Shown here piece by piece: positions 11,670 through 23,268 of a DNA stretch of 64,000 nt (position 1 is its first letter; each line of letters begins with the position of its first letter). The stretch comes from Macrostomum lignano. Taxonomy: Eukaryota. The stretch lies in assembly GCA_002269645.1 (NCBI GenBank), contig NIVC01001789.1, forward strand, positions 1 through 64,000, given 5' to 3'. Under the pieces are notes generated by a model that made no database searches, was not told the DNA's origin, and worked only from the letters and a program-made list of their open reading frames with translations. The position numbers were made by a program, and so were the translations under genes.

Positions 11670-14600
11670 ATGAAAGTTGCATCACTAGCTCACCTAGTCG
11701 CTATCAGTGAGGCAGCGAACAATCTGACAAGTAGTGTACGCAAGGAGCTCAACGCAGGCAAAGTGACGCCAGAAAGGTCGCGAACGGCTGCTGTGGTTGT
11801 CAGCCTGCCAGTCTCTAGATGGGGAGAAGTTTTTGAAGCTATCCAAGTTAGTTTTTGTTTATTTACAGTAGTAAGCGTCTTATATGCTTTATCATGTTAT
11901 ATACGACCCAAAACTTCATTCCAGACTGCCAATGCAGCCATTGAAAAGGTTGAGTTTCGTTCGAAGAAGGGCGAAAACGGCACTGCAACAGCGTTCGACC
12001 TGTTTGTGCAAATCTGTCTCCCAGAAGACACTGATACGTGCTCTTCGTCTGCGTTGCAGTTATTAAGTAGCTGCGGCAAGGAGGTGCGCTTTCTACATGA
12101 CAGTCGTGACGTAGAGGGAGATAAAATGACAGGTACTACACTTTAGTCTCTTGACATATATATAAGTAATTTGTTTCCCAGAAACCTTGCTCCAAAACTC
12201 GCTCACTTCAGTTGCCGACAATCCTTGGTTTCCGAAAAGCGTAGCCGATTTGGACATTGTGATTAACAGGGTTCTGCTTCTGGAGCAGATGAACGACGTT
12301 GATCATCCCGTGAGCTGATGCACCTTTGAGGCTTTTTGACTTTCATGACAATATTCTACCTTTAATTGCAATTCAGCAGGCACTTTCACGCTATATCCTG
12401 CTTAAACAGAGCATGCAAGACGAGCAGTACAAAACGCGAAGGAAAATGTTTGCCCAACTGGCCTTCGACTACAAGCACGACCAGCCCATTCCGCTGGTGG
12501 ACTACACTGAAGAGGAGAATCGAACCTGGTCCATCGTGTTCAACCGTCTGTGCGAACTCTACGATAAGCACGCTTGCAAAGAGTTCCTGGAGAACTTCAA
12601 GGAGCTGAGAGAAATCGGCCTGTACAGGTAGGAAGTTTGACCGGTTTCACAGATATCTGGCAGTGTTAGTTTGTTTGCTAATCAACGCGACAAGTGGGCG
12701 CAGCTAGCGAGAAGGCAAATAGTTATGCTTTTTCCGCCAAAGAATATCTAGACAGAATGTCCGATCACGCAACAAGCTTGATATAGTAATCAAACTATCA
12801 GACTACTTTTGTGGTGAAGCAGATGAGTTGTTTACAAACAAGACTTGATTGTATTACACATTATCTTCGTCAAACCGATGACTACGCTCGAAGTTTACAA
12901 ATGCGCCTTGAGTGCGATACATAATTTCGCTATCAGTCTACCACTTGTGTATTAGAGCCGATGGTTTGGAAACGTGTCTTGAGTGCATTTGGGGTCTTTG
13001 GGGTCTTTTGCGATGCTTATCGAAGGGTACAGCGTCAGGAACGGTACAATTTATCAGTATGAGATTGTCTTTTCGGTACCTTGCAGCAGGACAGTGGAGG
13101 GGAACAAGAGAACAAGAGAAGAGAGCGGGGAACCGTAGCTAAGGGCCCGCAGCCGCCGGGCGCAGCTCAAGTACAGTACACTTGGGGGTGTGTCACCCCC
13201 CACACACTACCCCCGACGGCAGCTCAGAGAGGGATTAGGTGCTTTCCGCTGACACTTGAGCACACGTCCACATAACAGAAACAAACTCAGCCAAATACTC
13301 ACACAGGTTTTACAGACAGAGGCACTGATTTTCTAGTTGTTGTTGAGCGATAGTCGGCCCTCATTAGCGAGAATCACGGAATCAAGACTGGACATTTAAC
13401 GTGAGAGTATGACGCGTTAATGGCTAAACTACTCTGGCCCAGTGATAATGCCTACTTTTTATCAATAAATCAATAGATCTATAAACCTTCCACCCCGCCG
13501 CAGGAGCGACCGCATTCCGCAGTTGCGCGACGTCTCCGACTTTGTGAGACGCCGCTCCGGCTTCACGCTCCGTCCTGTCGCTGGCTACCTGTCTGCTCGG
13601 GACTTTCTCTCAGCTCTGGCGCTGAGGGTCTTCTGCTGCACTCAGTACATCAGACACTGGGAGAAGCCGTTCTATACACCTGAGCCGTGAGTTGCACAGA
13701 TGAGCTGGACTTCTTCTCAATGGCTGCTCGCCTTGGATACTAACCTGCTTTTACCGTTGGTTACAGAGACTGCTGTCACGAACTACTTGGTCACGTGCCA
13801 ATGCTGGCAGATCCAACATTTGCGCACTTCTCTCAAGAGATCGGCTTGGCATCGCTCGGCGCGTCAGAGGAGGACGTCAAGAAGCTCGCTACGGTTAGTC
13901 AACTCAGCTATTTGATTGACCTCTTAGATGCACACTTGATTGTGCTGCAAGCAGATGATAAAACGCGTGGCCCATCGTTCTTTATTAACGAATTTGATTT
14001 TTCAGTGCTATTTCTTCACCGTCGAGTTCGGACTCTGCAAGGAGGCTGATCAACTGAAAGTATACGGCGCTGGTCTACTGTCGTGTGTTGATGAACTTGT
14101 GGTGAGCCAAGTGGCATGCTAAACCCTATGCTTCATCAAAATGAACAGAAAATGATTTTAAACCCATTTTAACGAGTACAGAGCAGTTTAGCGATAACCA
14201 TGTCTGACTCGCACCACGACAATCTGGTTTGATTCCGTGTGCGGTCCCATTATTAGACCTGGGGTTGTCGCGAGATTCACAGCCATGAGGGACAAACTCC
14301 AAAGCAGGCCTCCTGCAATTAGCTCGTATTCTCATTATTAACGAGTCATGCCATGGATGTGTTCCTTAATACCAAGACTTTCTTAGTAATCAAGGAACAA
14401 TCACTTCTAGCTACTGATAGGCAACCCAGTAATCAATCAATATTATCGCTTACCTTGAAGGTGTTGAATTCTCGTGAGTAGTTCTCCGGAACTTCTTATA
14501 TTCAGTTAGTGCAGGCGCCTGACTTCTGTAGTTCCTGTCCAAGTTCCTTTTATCTGTCTTGAATTGCCTTCGGCCGGTATCTGTAGTTCGGTCCAATAGG

Positions 14601-17600
14601 AAGCTTCGGTTCCAAATAAGCCTTCTCCTTCTAGCAGTGGCTTAATCCACTCTAGGTATAGCTTCGGTAATCACTGATAGTCTTCGGGAGGCTATCAGGG
14701 TAGTCCTTCTGGAGACTACTACCAATAGAGTCTCGAATAGACTCAGTCACAATATCACTCTTGAGTCGACTCAAACAACTAGGGCAAATGAGTAAGGCTT
14801 ACCGCAAATAACTCAGCCGAGTCTTGGTTGACTTGGTCTGAAGGAAGTTCCTCGCCGACTTCCTCTTCGGAGCTCGATCTTCTTCCCTCTGGAAGGTTCT
14901 CGTTGTTGCTCCGGTCCGCTTTGGACCACTTGTATTTATACACAATTTTTTATGAGACATAAATAGCAACATGATTCATCTTTTCGTTATAAATAGTAGT
15001 ATGATTCTTCTTTGCGTTGTGAATAGTAAGGTGATTCGTTGTTCTAAATAGTAACATGCTTCATAGTTTCCGCGCGTGTTTTGCTGCGCATGTTTGCAGT
15101 AGTCTACTTACAGTAGCATTTTATGAATAATTATACTCTACAACAACAACAACAAAATACGATGTCATGATGGTAAAAGTCAGCGTCACAGGGCGCGCTT
15201 CATGGCTTGGGCGCGAACAAAGGCCGCGCCACCGGCAGTGTCGGGGCGCCGGCGTCAGCCAGCAGACAGTCGACATAACGCCGAGTTCGCGCTTGACCTC
15301 GCCGGTAGGGTGCCTGCAGCGTGAGCAGCAGCACCTCCTGCACCGGCTGTGGGCAGTACGACTCGGCGCGGATGAGATGGCCTGCGAGCTGGAGTCGCCG
15401 ACGGCGCAGTAGATCACTTGGACGTGGCAGGCCAGCGCGGCGATAGAGTGCCGCGTTGGTGACTCGCTCGACGCCGATGTTGAAGGCGGCGCGCAGCAGA
15501 CCAGCGTGCGCCGCATCGACTTGCTGTTCGAGTGAGTCCGTCAGCGTCCAGGTCTCGGCGTTGTAGAACAGGACGGTCTCGATCACCGCCTGGAACAGCG
15601 CCGCCTTCTGGCGGTCCGGTAGGGCCTCGGACTGCAGGACTGCCCTCACAGAACGAAAGGCAGCCCAGGCAAGCCCGCGGCGGCGTCGCAGGTCCTCGCG
15701 AGCGTCTGGAACCAGACCGCCGAGGTAGACGAACTGCTGACATCGCGGGAGTTCGGTCGCCTGCCCGTCAGCGCCTCGGCAAAATATTGCAGCCTCGATG
15801 TCGTCCGGCACGCAGAGCACAACGGTCTTCTGCGTGTTGACCACCAGGCCGACACTCGCCGCAACGGCAACCAGCCTGTCCAGCTGCCGTTGGGCGCCCT
15901 CGACGGTCGAGGACAGCAGGGCGAGGTCGTCGGCGTAGCCAAGCACGCTGAGCCGCTTCTCCGGTTGACGTCGACCCACGCGTCGCTGCAGCAGAAAACC
16001 GTCGTCGTCGGTAGGAAGAGCAGTCCGCAGCACCCAGTCAAGCACCAGGACGAACAGGAAAGGCGCCAGCGTATCTCCCTGAAGCACTCCGGAGGATGTC
16101 TCAAAGGAGTCCGATAGGCCGTCCGGTGTTGTCACAGCAGCTGTCGTATCACGGTACATCGCCATGATGGCGGAGATCAGCTGCTCAGGCACGTTGTACG
16201 CGCGGAGCACCATTGGAAGCACGGCTCTGACAACCGAGTCGAATGCCTTCTTGAAATCAATAAAGATTAAAATCAGGATCGACTGACGAATCCGCGCCTC
16301 CTCGATGACTCGGCAAAGAGCCAGGATCTGCGCCACTGTGCCGCGATGGGGCCGGAACCCGTTCTGCTCTGGGCGCAGGTACGGATCCAGCACGGGCTGC
16401 AACCGCGAAAGCAGCATCCGGTTGAACAGCTTCGCTGCACAGGACTGAAGGCAGATGCCTCGATGGTCTTCAAGCCTAGTGGTGCCCGGCTTCTTTGGAA
16501 CAGCGACGATGTGCGCCGTGGTCCATTCGTTGGGCGCCGCCTCACCGAAGAGCACGCGGTTCATCACTCTGGCGACCTCAGCGGCCACACAGGGGATGCG
16601 CAGCGCCTCGATGGGCACCTCGTCCGGACCCAGCGCTTTCCCGCCCGGTGACTGCTGGCGAGCTTGACAACGTCGGCTGCGTTGACTGGGGCTACGCTGA
16701 AACTCTCCTCTGCCGGCAGCGGCGTCTCCGGCGGCAGCGTCAGACTGTCTGGCAGCGGGGTGGCGGCGCGTTGACGATGGCGGCGAAGAACTCGCGCAGC
16801 TCGTTCCTACGCTCGTCCGGCGTGTCACCAGCCAGGTTCAGCGGATTGCGCCGCTTTCGTCCCGTCAGAGCGTTGATGGCGGACCAGGCCACGCGCCCTC
16901 TGGCATCGGGCCCAGCGGCAGAGACAGCCTGAATGGCGTCATCGACAGCCGCTTGTTGGCGCTGCAGGTAGACAGCTGCCAGAGCTGCCTCTGCCTCGCG
17001 GGTTGGTCGCCTGCTCAAGCGGAGCTTCTCCAGATCTTCCCTCGCTGCCTGAATCGCAGGGTCGTCCTGCCAGACCGGCTGCCCACGTTGAGCCAGTTGC
17101 ATCATCGGGACTGCTTGCTCCGCGGCGGTTCTGACTGCAGCGCACACTATCGCATACTCGGCACTTCCACGCTTGTCGCCCAGCGCGGTGTTAAAGGCGC
17201 TAGCAAAGCGACGCTGCGTATCGGTGGCTCTGAGCGCGCGTAGTAGCGCCGCGGTGGCCGCTTCGGCGGACGGTAGAGCGGATCGCGAAGGTTGAGGTCG
17301 CAGATGAGGAGCCGGTGATCGGACCGCAGAGCCAGCGGCGTGATGGTTCGGCAGTTGACGGCGCGACGACGCTCACGGAAACGCACGAGCACGTGGTCGA
17401 GCTGTGCTTGTCTCCGGGTTGCGTTCCTGCCACGCGCGTTCCGTCGCCTCCGCTTGCAGCCCACGAAGGTTGCGAGACCGCTCAGTGGCTTGCGGAAGCG
17501 GGTGTTGGCCGACACCATGTCCTGCCTCTCCAGGAAGTCCTCCAGTGCCTCGGTGTTGTTGTTCCCGCGTGGCGTCACGAACAGCGACCTCTCGGACCTA

Positions 17601-18817
17601 CGCAGGACTGCGTTCAGGTCTCCGAGGGCGACCGCTGTGTCACGCTGCGCCGTCGCCTCTACCTGCACTGAGAGCTGCTCGAAAAACTCTTGAGCCTCGT
17701 CAGGGCGTGTGGCAGGGGGCGCGTACGCGCAGAACAGGCGAGCATTCCGACCGCGTAGCCGGACGTCGATCCGAAGCAACCGAGGGGACAGGGAGACGCA
17801 GCGACAGCTCTGCTGCAGCCTCGGCCCGATCAGCGCTCCAACTCCTCCACGGCCTCGCTGGTCCGCAGAAGTATAGTAGAGGGTCCACCCGGCGCCCAAG
17901 TCCTCACAATGAAGTCCCGGGTCGGCCTTGATAGACACCTCCTGCAGCGAGATGATGTCGCAGCTCAGGTCGTACGCCAGCTTCGCCAGCACCCCTCTAC
18001 GCCAAGCAGCCTTGAGAGTGCGGCAGTTCAGCGTCCCGACCCGAAGCATGCCCTGTGGTACGGCTGGGGCTCGATGCAGTTGAGCCTCGCGGTCCCCGGC
18101 GCCACCCGGAGGATCCGAGTGGACCCGCGCGGCAGCTCGACGGGCGGCGCCACGCAGCCGGCCTCGTCGGTTCCGCTCACGTCGGCGCTCAACACGCCGA
18201 CGGGCGCTCCGCTGCCCTCGCTTGGTCCTGCCGCATTTGGCCGCCGCAGCAGTTAAGCGCGGCTCTCCGCTCTGACCACGAGGAGGTAGCGGCATTTATC
18301 TGCACCGTGGTGCAAATAAATTAAGACATGCAATAAATTGAGTCTTCGCAGTAAGAGACCGTCTTTACGGTAGAGTAGAGTAATTAATTGTAGAGTAATT
18401 AACTGTAGAGTAATTATACTCTACACCATCTGAACATTTTAGCATTCGCTCAGCGAAAAGTCAAACGTATGCGAATTCGAGCCCGAACTTGTTGTGAAGC
18501 AGGAGTGTCGGATTACGACCTTCCAGGATGGCTACTTCTATACATCAAGCTTCACCGATGCCGTGACTAAGATAAGGTAAGACGTCATAAGAAGCGATTA
18601 TTCTATGAATAGCTAATGGAAATTATGCAGAAGTTCGTATTAAATAAATTTCAGGAAGTTTTTCCAATCAGTAGAGCGCCGCCACCAGCTGGTGTACAAT
18701 CCGTTCACCCAGTCTGTTGAGACAATCGCGAGCGTCGCTGATGTCTGTCGACTATTCGAACGCATCAGTTTCGACCTTGATGTTGGACAGCGAATGCTGA
18801 AGAGTCTGGAGCGCTGA
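11670..18817 (+). CDS. TPH: Biopterin-dependent aromatic amino acid hydroxylase, TPH-like paralog A (477 aa); join(11670..11846,11925..12132,12182..12309,12410..12627,13504..13686,13767..13893,14006..14101,18443..18576,18655..18817)
   Basis: Motifs [53 protein letters not shown] (two Fe His), CYFFTVEFG (Fe Glu), [30 protein letters not shown] and ITTFQ are TPH-type rather than PAH/TH-type. Exon total 1434 nt, in frame. Confidence 0.9.
14350..14930. repeat. Unclassified dispersed repeat, copy 2 (in TPH-A intron 7)
   Basis: Colinear, diverged homology to 255-860 over at least the first 250 bp; right boundary approximate. Confidence 0.55.
15143..18410 (-). mobile_element. RTE-type non-LTR retrotransposon (APE endonuclease + RT), near full length, frameshifted
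   Basis: EN motifs [29 protein letters not shown] (17147-18295); RT motifs [46 protein letters not shown] (15200-16828). (TTG)n 3' tail at 15143-15154; 15-bp TSD taattatactctaca at 15128-15142 and 18411-18425. The single ORF is split by at least three frameshifts. Confidence 0.95.
18229..18376 (-). ncRNA. Candidate HDV-like self-cleaving ribozyme at the 5' end of the RTE element
   Basis: Minus strand: P2 ugccgc/gcggca, P3 acc/ggu, L3 uccucgu, P1-3' cagagc, P1.1 gg, P4 gccgc/gcggc, J4/2 gccaa(au). The P1-5' strand survives only as cucu at the junction. Confidence 0.7.
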
Positions 18818-19312
18818 AGATTATGCTCGAGCCTGCTAATGCTCCATCAACTGGTTGCTGTTCTGTTCGATGAGGAAACTACTTTGGTGTCGGTATTGGT
18901 AACTCTATAGCTATACTTTTAATTATCATAGTAATTTTCAAAAATAGATATTTCTGGATAGCCATATTTTCTAATTATCGCTCAATGCCTAATTCATCTA
19001 GTATTATTCAAATCTGCAATTGGCAATTAATAAAATGTATGGTTATCAACCATTTTAAAGCAAATCAATCTTTGTGCCGATGCAAATTTTCAACTGAAAT
19101 ATACCACCATGTGCACTCAATGTAGTGTTAAGTTACGCGAGTCATTGAGCAATTCTTAGGCCTGTATAGTTCATTCTTTCGTAATTAAAGTTATTGAATT
19201 GAAGAGAACATGCTCAAAAGCCATGACGAATGAAACAAATTCTATGTATTTCATGACATATGCTGAGTACATAATATCCTACATGGTTTGTGATATTTAG
19301 TAGTCTATTCCT

Positions 19313-19695
19313 GTGATCGGCACTCCGTGTCATGCGATCGGCACTCCATGTTCCGCGATCAGCACTACATGTCATGCGATCGGCACTTTATGTTCTGGGA
19401 TCAGCACTCTATGTAATGCGATCGGCACTCCATGTCATGCGATCGGCACTCCATGTTACGCGATCAGCACTCCATGTTGCGCGATCAGCACTGCATCAAG
19501 GACGACTAAAGTAACGTATCTACTTAAGTAGTCCTTGCACTCCATATCATGCGATCAGCACTTCATGTTCCGCGATCAGCCCTCCATGTAATGGGATCAG
19601 CATTTCATGTCATGCGATCAGCACTCCACGTGATTCTATCAGCACTCCGTGTATAAATGGGATCAGCACTCCATGTCGTGCTTTTAGCACTCCAT
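19313..19695. repeat. 21-bp tandem minisatellite (gcgatcagcactccatgtcat) between the TPH paralogs
   Basis: About 15 degenerate units read directly; interrupted at ~19498-19537. Confidence 0.9.
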
Positions 19696-20200
19696 GAAAC
19701 TAACAATACAAGGTCTGTGTACAAGGATTGTACAAGGTTAAAGCCTACGTGTAGTTTATTCAATTTTTTTTATTCCTTTCTTCGTTGCCCCCCCCTCCCA
19801 AGGGAGGAGGGTGCAACAGAACGCAGTCGTTTCTAGAAATTCTATCAGGCAAGACCCAGTCAAGTTAACCTGTCAACTTGGTCTACTTTGTGTTTACATT
19901 TCACGCCTGTCTGACAGTCTGCAAGAGTTTCACGTGTGATACTCTAACAGTGAATAACTGCGGGCAATATAATTTGATTCGAATGCAGGGTAACTTAGCC
20001 TCTAAACAAATAACGCTGCTAGCCCTGTGTTTTGCATTCAGAATTGCACAAATTTTTGTGGTGACCTCTCGTGGTACGAGCTATATTGGCACCCGAGCAG
20101 CCGTCACGAGCCAGACAGCTGATTCGCAACTACAGCACCCTAAATAAATTTGGCCACTTGTAATTAATACTGACGACCTAGGAAGTCTCTACCAAAAGCG

Positions 20201-23200
20201 ATGAGCGATAGAAGAAGCACATCACCAACTGCTACTGGAGACCAGGTTAATGACGGTGCCTACCTAGAACTGACTGGCGGGGCCGCACTTCGAATGGCTG
20301 GATCGCTACGCGAACGACTGATGCTGCAATCGAACAGTCAACTCTCCGAGCAGACGAATAGCTTAAGAATTGTAGCTCACCTGCCGTCAGATCAATGGGG
20401 TGATATTCTGCAAGGCATTCAGGTAATACAATTTTTTGGGTACGTGTAAAGGTCACGTACTGTTAGTGTCCTATGAAGACGGTCCGGGGAGGTCACGGCC
20501 CTTCTCAGAGACAGGAGCGGGCACCCACATACTAATAGAGAGTGGCAACGCACCTAATAGACAGGGGCACCCATGCAACTAACAGTGAGAAACCACATCA
20601 AAGACACGGGCACTCATACAATAGACAGTAGACCAACAGACCAAGAGCATCATTAGCAAGTACAAATGAGGTTTAACTTACTCGTAAACACTTATAACTA
20701 CGCAATATACATATTGCTTATCAGCCAATCAAACCAATGACTAATGTTATTGCAGGATGCCGGTTTCTCACTGATCCACTTGGAATCGCATCGATCAGGT
20801 CAGCATAACGGCTGCCCAACCGACTTAGTGGTGGACGTGCGTCCCCCAAGTGATCATTTGGAAAAGGACAGAGCGATTCACCAGCTTTCCAACTTGGGAC
20901 TGAAGGTTTTGGTTTTTGAGGACACTAAAAATACGACATCTAAAGCTGTGAAGCTTGACTGCGATACTGGTAAGGTTTAAGGTCTTAGCAATGCTACGAG
21001 TATTTATTTTCGAATTTTTTTATTTATCTTGAAAACATTCTAACAAAACACGCTCAAAATCAATATAAAGACGAAGAAATTTGGTTTCCAAAACGACCTG
21101 CTGACCTGGATCAAGTGGTTGGCAGTGTCTTCCAAATTGAAGAGCAAAGCATCGACCATCCTGTAAGTTTTTGAAACAAACAATGTTCGACCATTTGATG
21201 TAATTACTCCATGCAAATAGCTACTCATTGAACTATTTCTGGTAGAGCATGCAAGACGAGCAGTACAAAACGCGAAGGAAAATGTTTGCTCAACTGGCCT
21301 TCGACTACAAGCACGACCAGCCCATTCCGCTGGTGGACTACACTGAAGAGGAGAATCGAACCTGGTCCATCGTGTTCAACCGTCTGTGCGAACTCTACGA
21401 TAAGCACGCTTGCAAAGAGTTCTTGGAGAACTTCAAGGAGCTGAGAGAGATCGGCCTGTACAGGTATGTTTCAAACATTCTGTTCTACTAAGTATGTGAC
21501 TAGCATTATGCATACGTTGTAGTCCTCAGGGCTTGAACGATATCAAGTGGTACACAAATATTAAGTTTTATATAGTTTATAGTCAAATAGTATGTTCGTG
21601 TTCTAGAAACAGGCTTTTAAAGTTCGTAGAGACCGTGAAATATTTGGACAAGAAAATAACGACTACTAACAAGTAGTGAAGAAGAAATATGAAGCTAATA
21701 TTTATCATTTGTGCGGCAAAAGCCCATTGACAAGCAACTCAAGCGATCATTAACTTCATAAACCTGCAAGCCCACTTTTCCTATCGTAAAGTTACCAAAA
21801 ACGATACAGCTCCTTTACCCCTCGAAGGAGCGACCGCATTCCGCAGCTGCGCGACGTCTCCGACTTTGTGAGACGCCGCTCCGGCTTCACGCTCCGTCCC
21901 GTCGCTGGCTACCTGTCTGCTCGGGACTTTCTCTCAGCTCTGGCGCTGAGGGTCTTCTGCTGCACTCAGTACATCAGACACTGGGAGAAGCCGTTCTATA
22001 CACCTGAGCCGTGAGTTGCACAGATGAGCTGGACTTCTTCTCAATGGCTGCTCGCCTTGGATACTAACCTGCTTTTACCGTTGGTTACAGAGACTGCTGT
22101 CACGAACTACTTGGTCACGTGCCAATGCTGGCAGATCCAACATTTGCGCACTTCTCTCAAGAGATCGGCTTGGCATCGCTCGGCGCGTCAGAGGAGGACG
22201 TCAAGAAGCTCGCTACGGTACGTTATAGCTTTTATTTGCTACAACTGCATGTTATGCGACCACGCAGTTTTAATTTACAGAATTGATACCTTTTTTAGTG
22301 CTACTTCTTCACCGTAGAGTTTGGTTTCTGCAAAGAGGCTGGCCAACTGAAAGCGTACGGAGCTGGTCTGTTAGCCTGTGTGGACGAATTTGAGGTACAG
22401 AACCATAGAATTTTCTAAGCCAATTTAGCCTAGGAGCAAGCATTTAAATCCTCAATGAAGAGTCAAGCTATTGAAGACTTGGTTTTCACTGTTAATGGCA
22501 CAGAAGGGGGCCTGTGGAGCAGTCATCCGAAAATTTGGGCACGCAGTCCGCCCTCCACAGTTTTTCTAGACTTGGGCCATTGACAATAACAGATTTTATT
22601 AGACAAAACGCGGATATGGCAGATGAAGAATTCCCTGAGCATTGATTGGGTTCGATTTCAATCTTTCCAGCACTACTAAATTTTAATTGAAAGTAAAACT
22701 CCAACATAACAAGCTCAACAGTCACCCCACTCGCAAAGCGTTACTTCAGAAAGGATTGATTGCAAGTCCAAATTCCCAGATCGATAACTGCAGCCAGCTT
22801 CTAAGCTTGATTGGCTTGGAAAATTCTGCACTAAATTTTTTTTTACTATATGAGTTCTAATAGAACTTAGTATATAACTACAATTAACAATTTTAGCACG
22901 CAGTCAGTGACCGGGCTAAAATATGCAAATTCGACCCAGCAATCGTTTTACAGCAGGAGTGCAAGGTGACCACTTTTCAGGACATGTACTTCTTTACAAA
23001 CAGCTTCGCAGAAGCTAAGGAAAAACTTAGGTGAGGCATTTAAAGAATTCCTCAAATATCTATATTATACATTTTACAGACTTTTCTATGCGGTTTTAGG
23101 CATTTCGCAAATACTTTAAGGCGAAGGCAGGTACTCTTGTACAATCCGTACACTCAGTCCGTGGATTCGGCCACCAGCGCTTCATCGGAGGCTGTGAAGC

Positions 23201-23268
23201 ACCTGCTGGACAGAATCTGCTGGGATTTGGAGAACGCAGTGCAAGTGGCTCAAGAATTGAACCACTGA
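20201..23268 (+). CDS. TPH: TPH-like paralog B (484 aa); join(20201..20422,20756..20969,21071..21162,21246..21463,21828..22010,22091..22217,22299..22394,22897..23030,23100..23268)
   Basis: Same 9-exon structure and phases as paralog A; motifs [42 protein letters not shown]; exon total 1455 nt, in frame. Confidence 0.9.

Noticed and set aside
13066-13318. Solo LTR in TPH-A intron 4 (tgtc...gaca)
   Set aside because: Flanks match only 3 of 5 (gagat/gaggc) and there is no poly(A) signal; evidence is too weak to list as a feature.
15143-18410. GC-rich segment as bacterial contamination or HGT, or its frameshifts as programmed recoding
   Set aside because: It has LINE EN/RT motifs, a tail and a TSD within a host intron. 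RTEs use one ORF and no consistent slippery sites were seen, so indels or sequencing errors are more likely.
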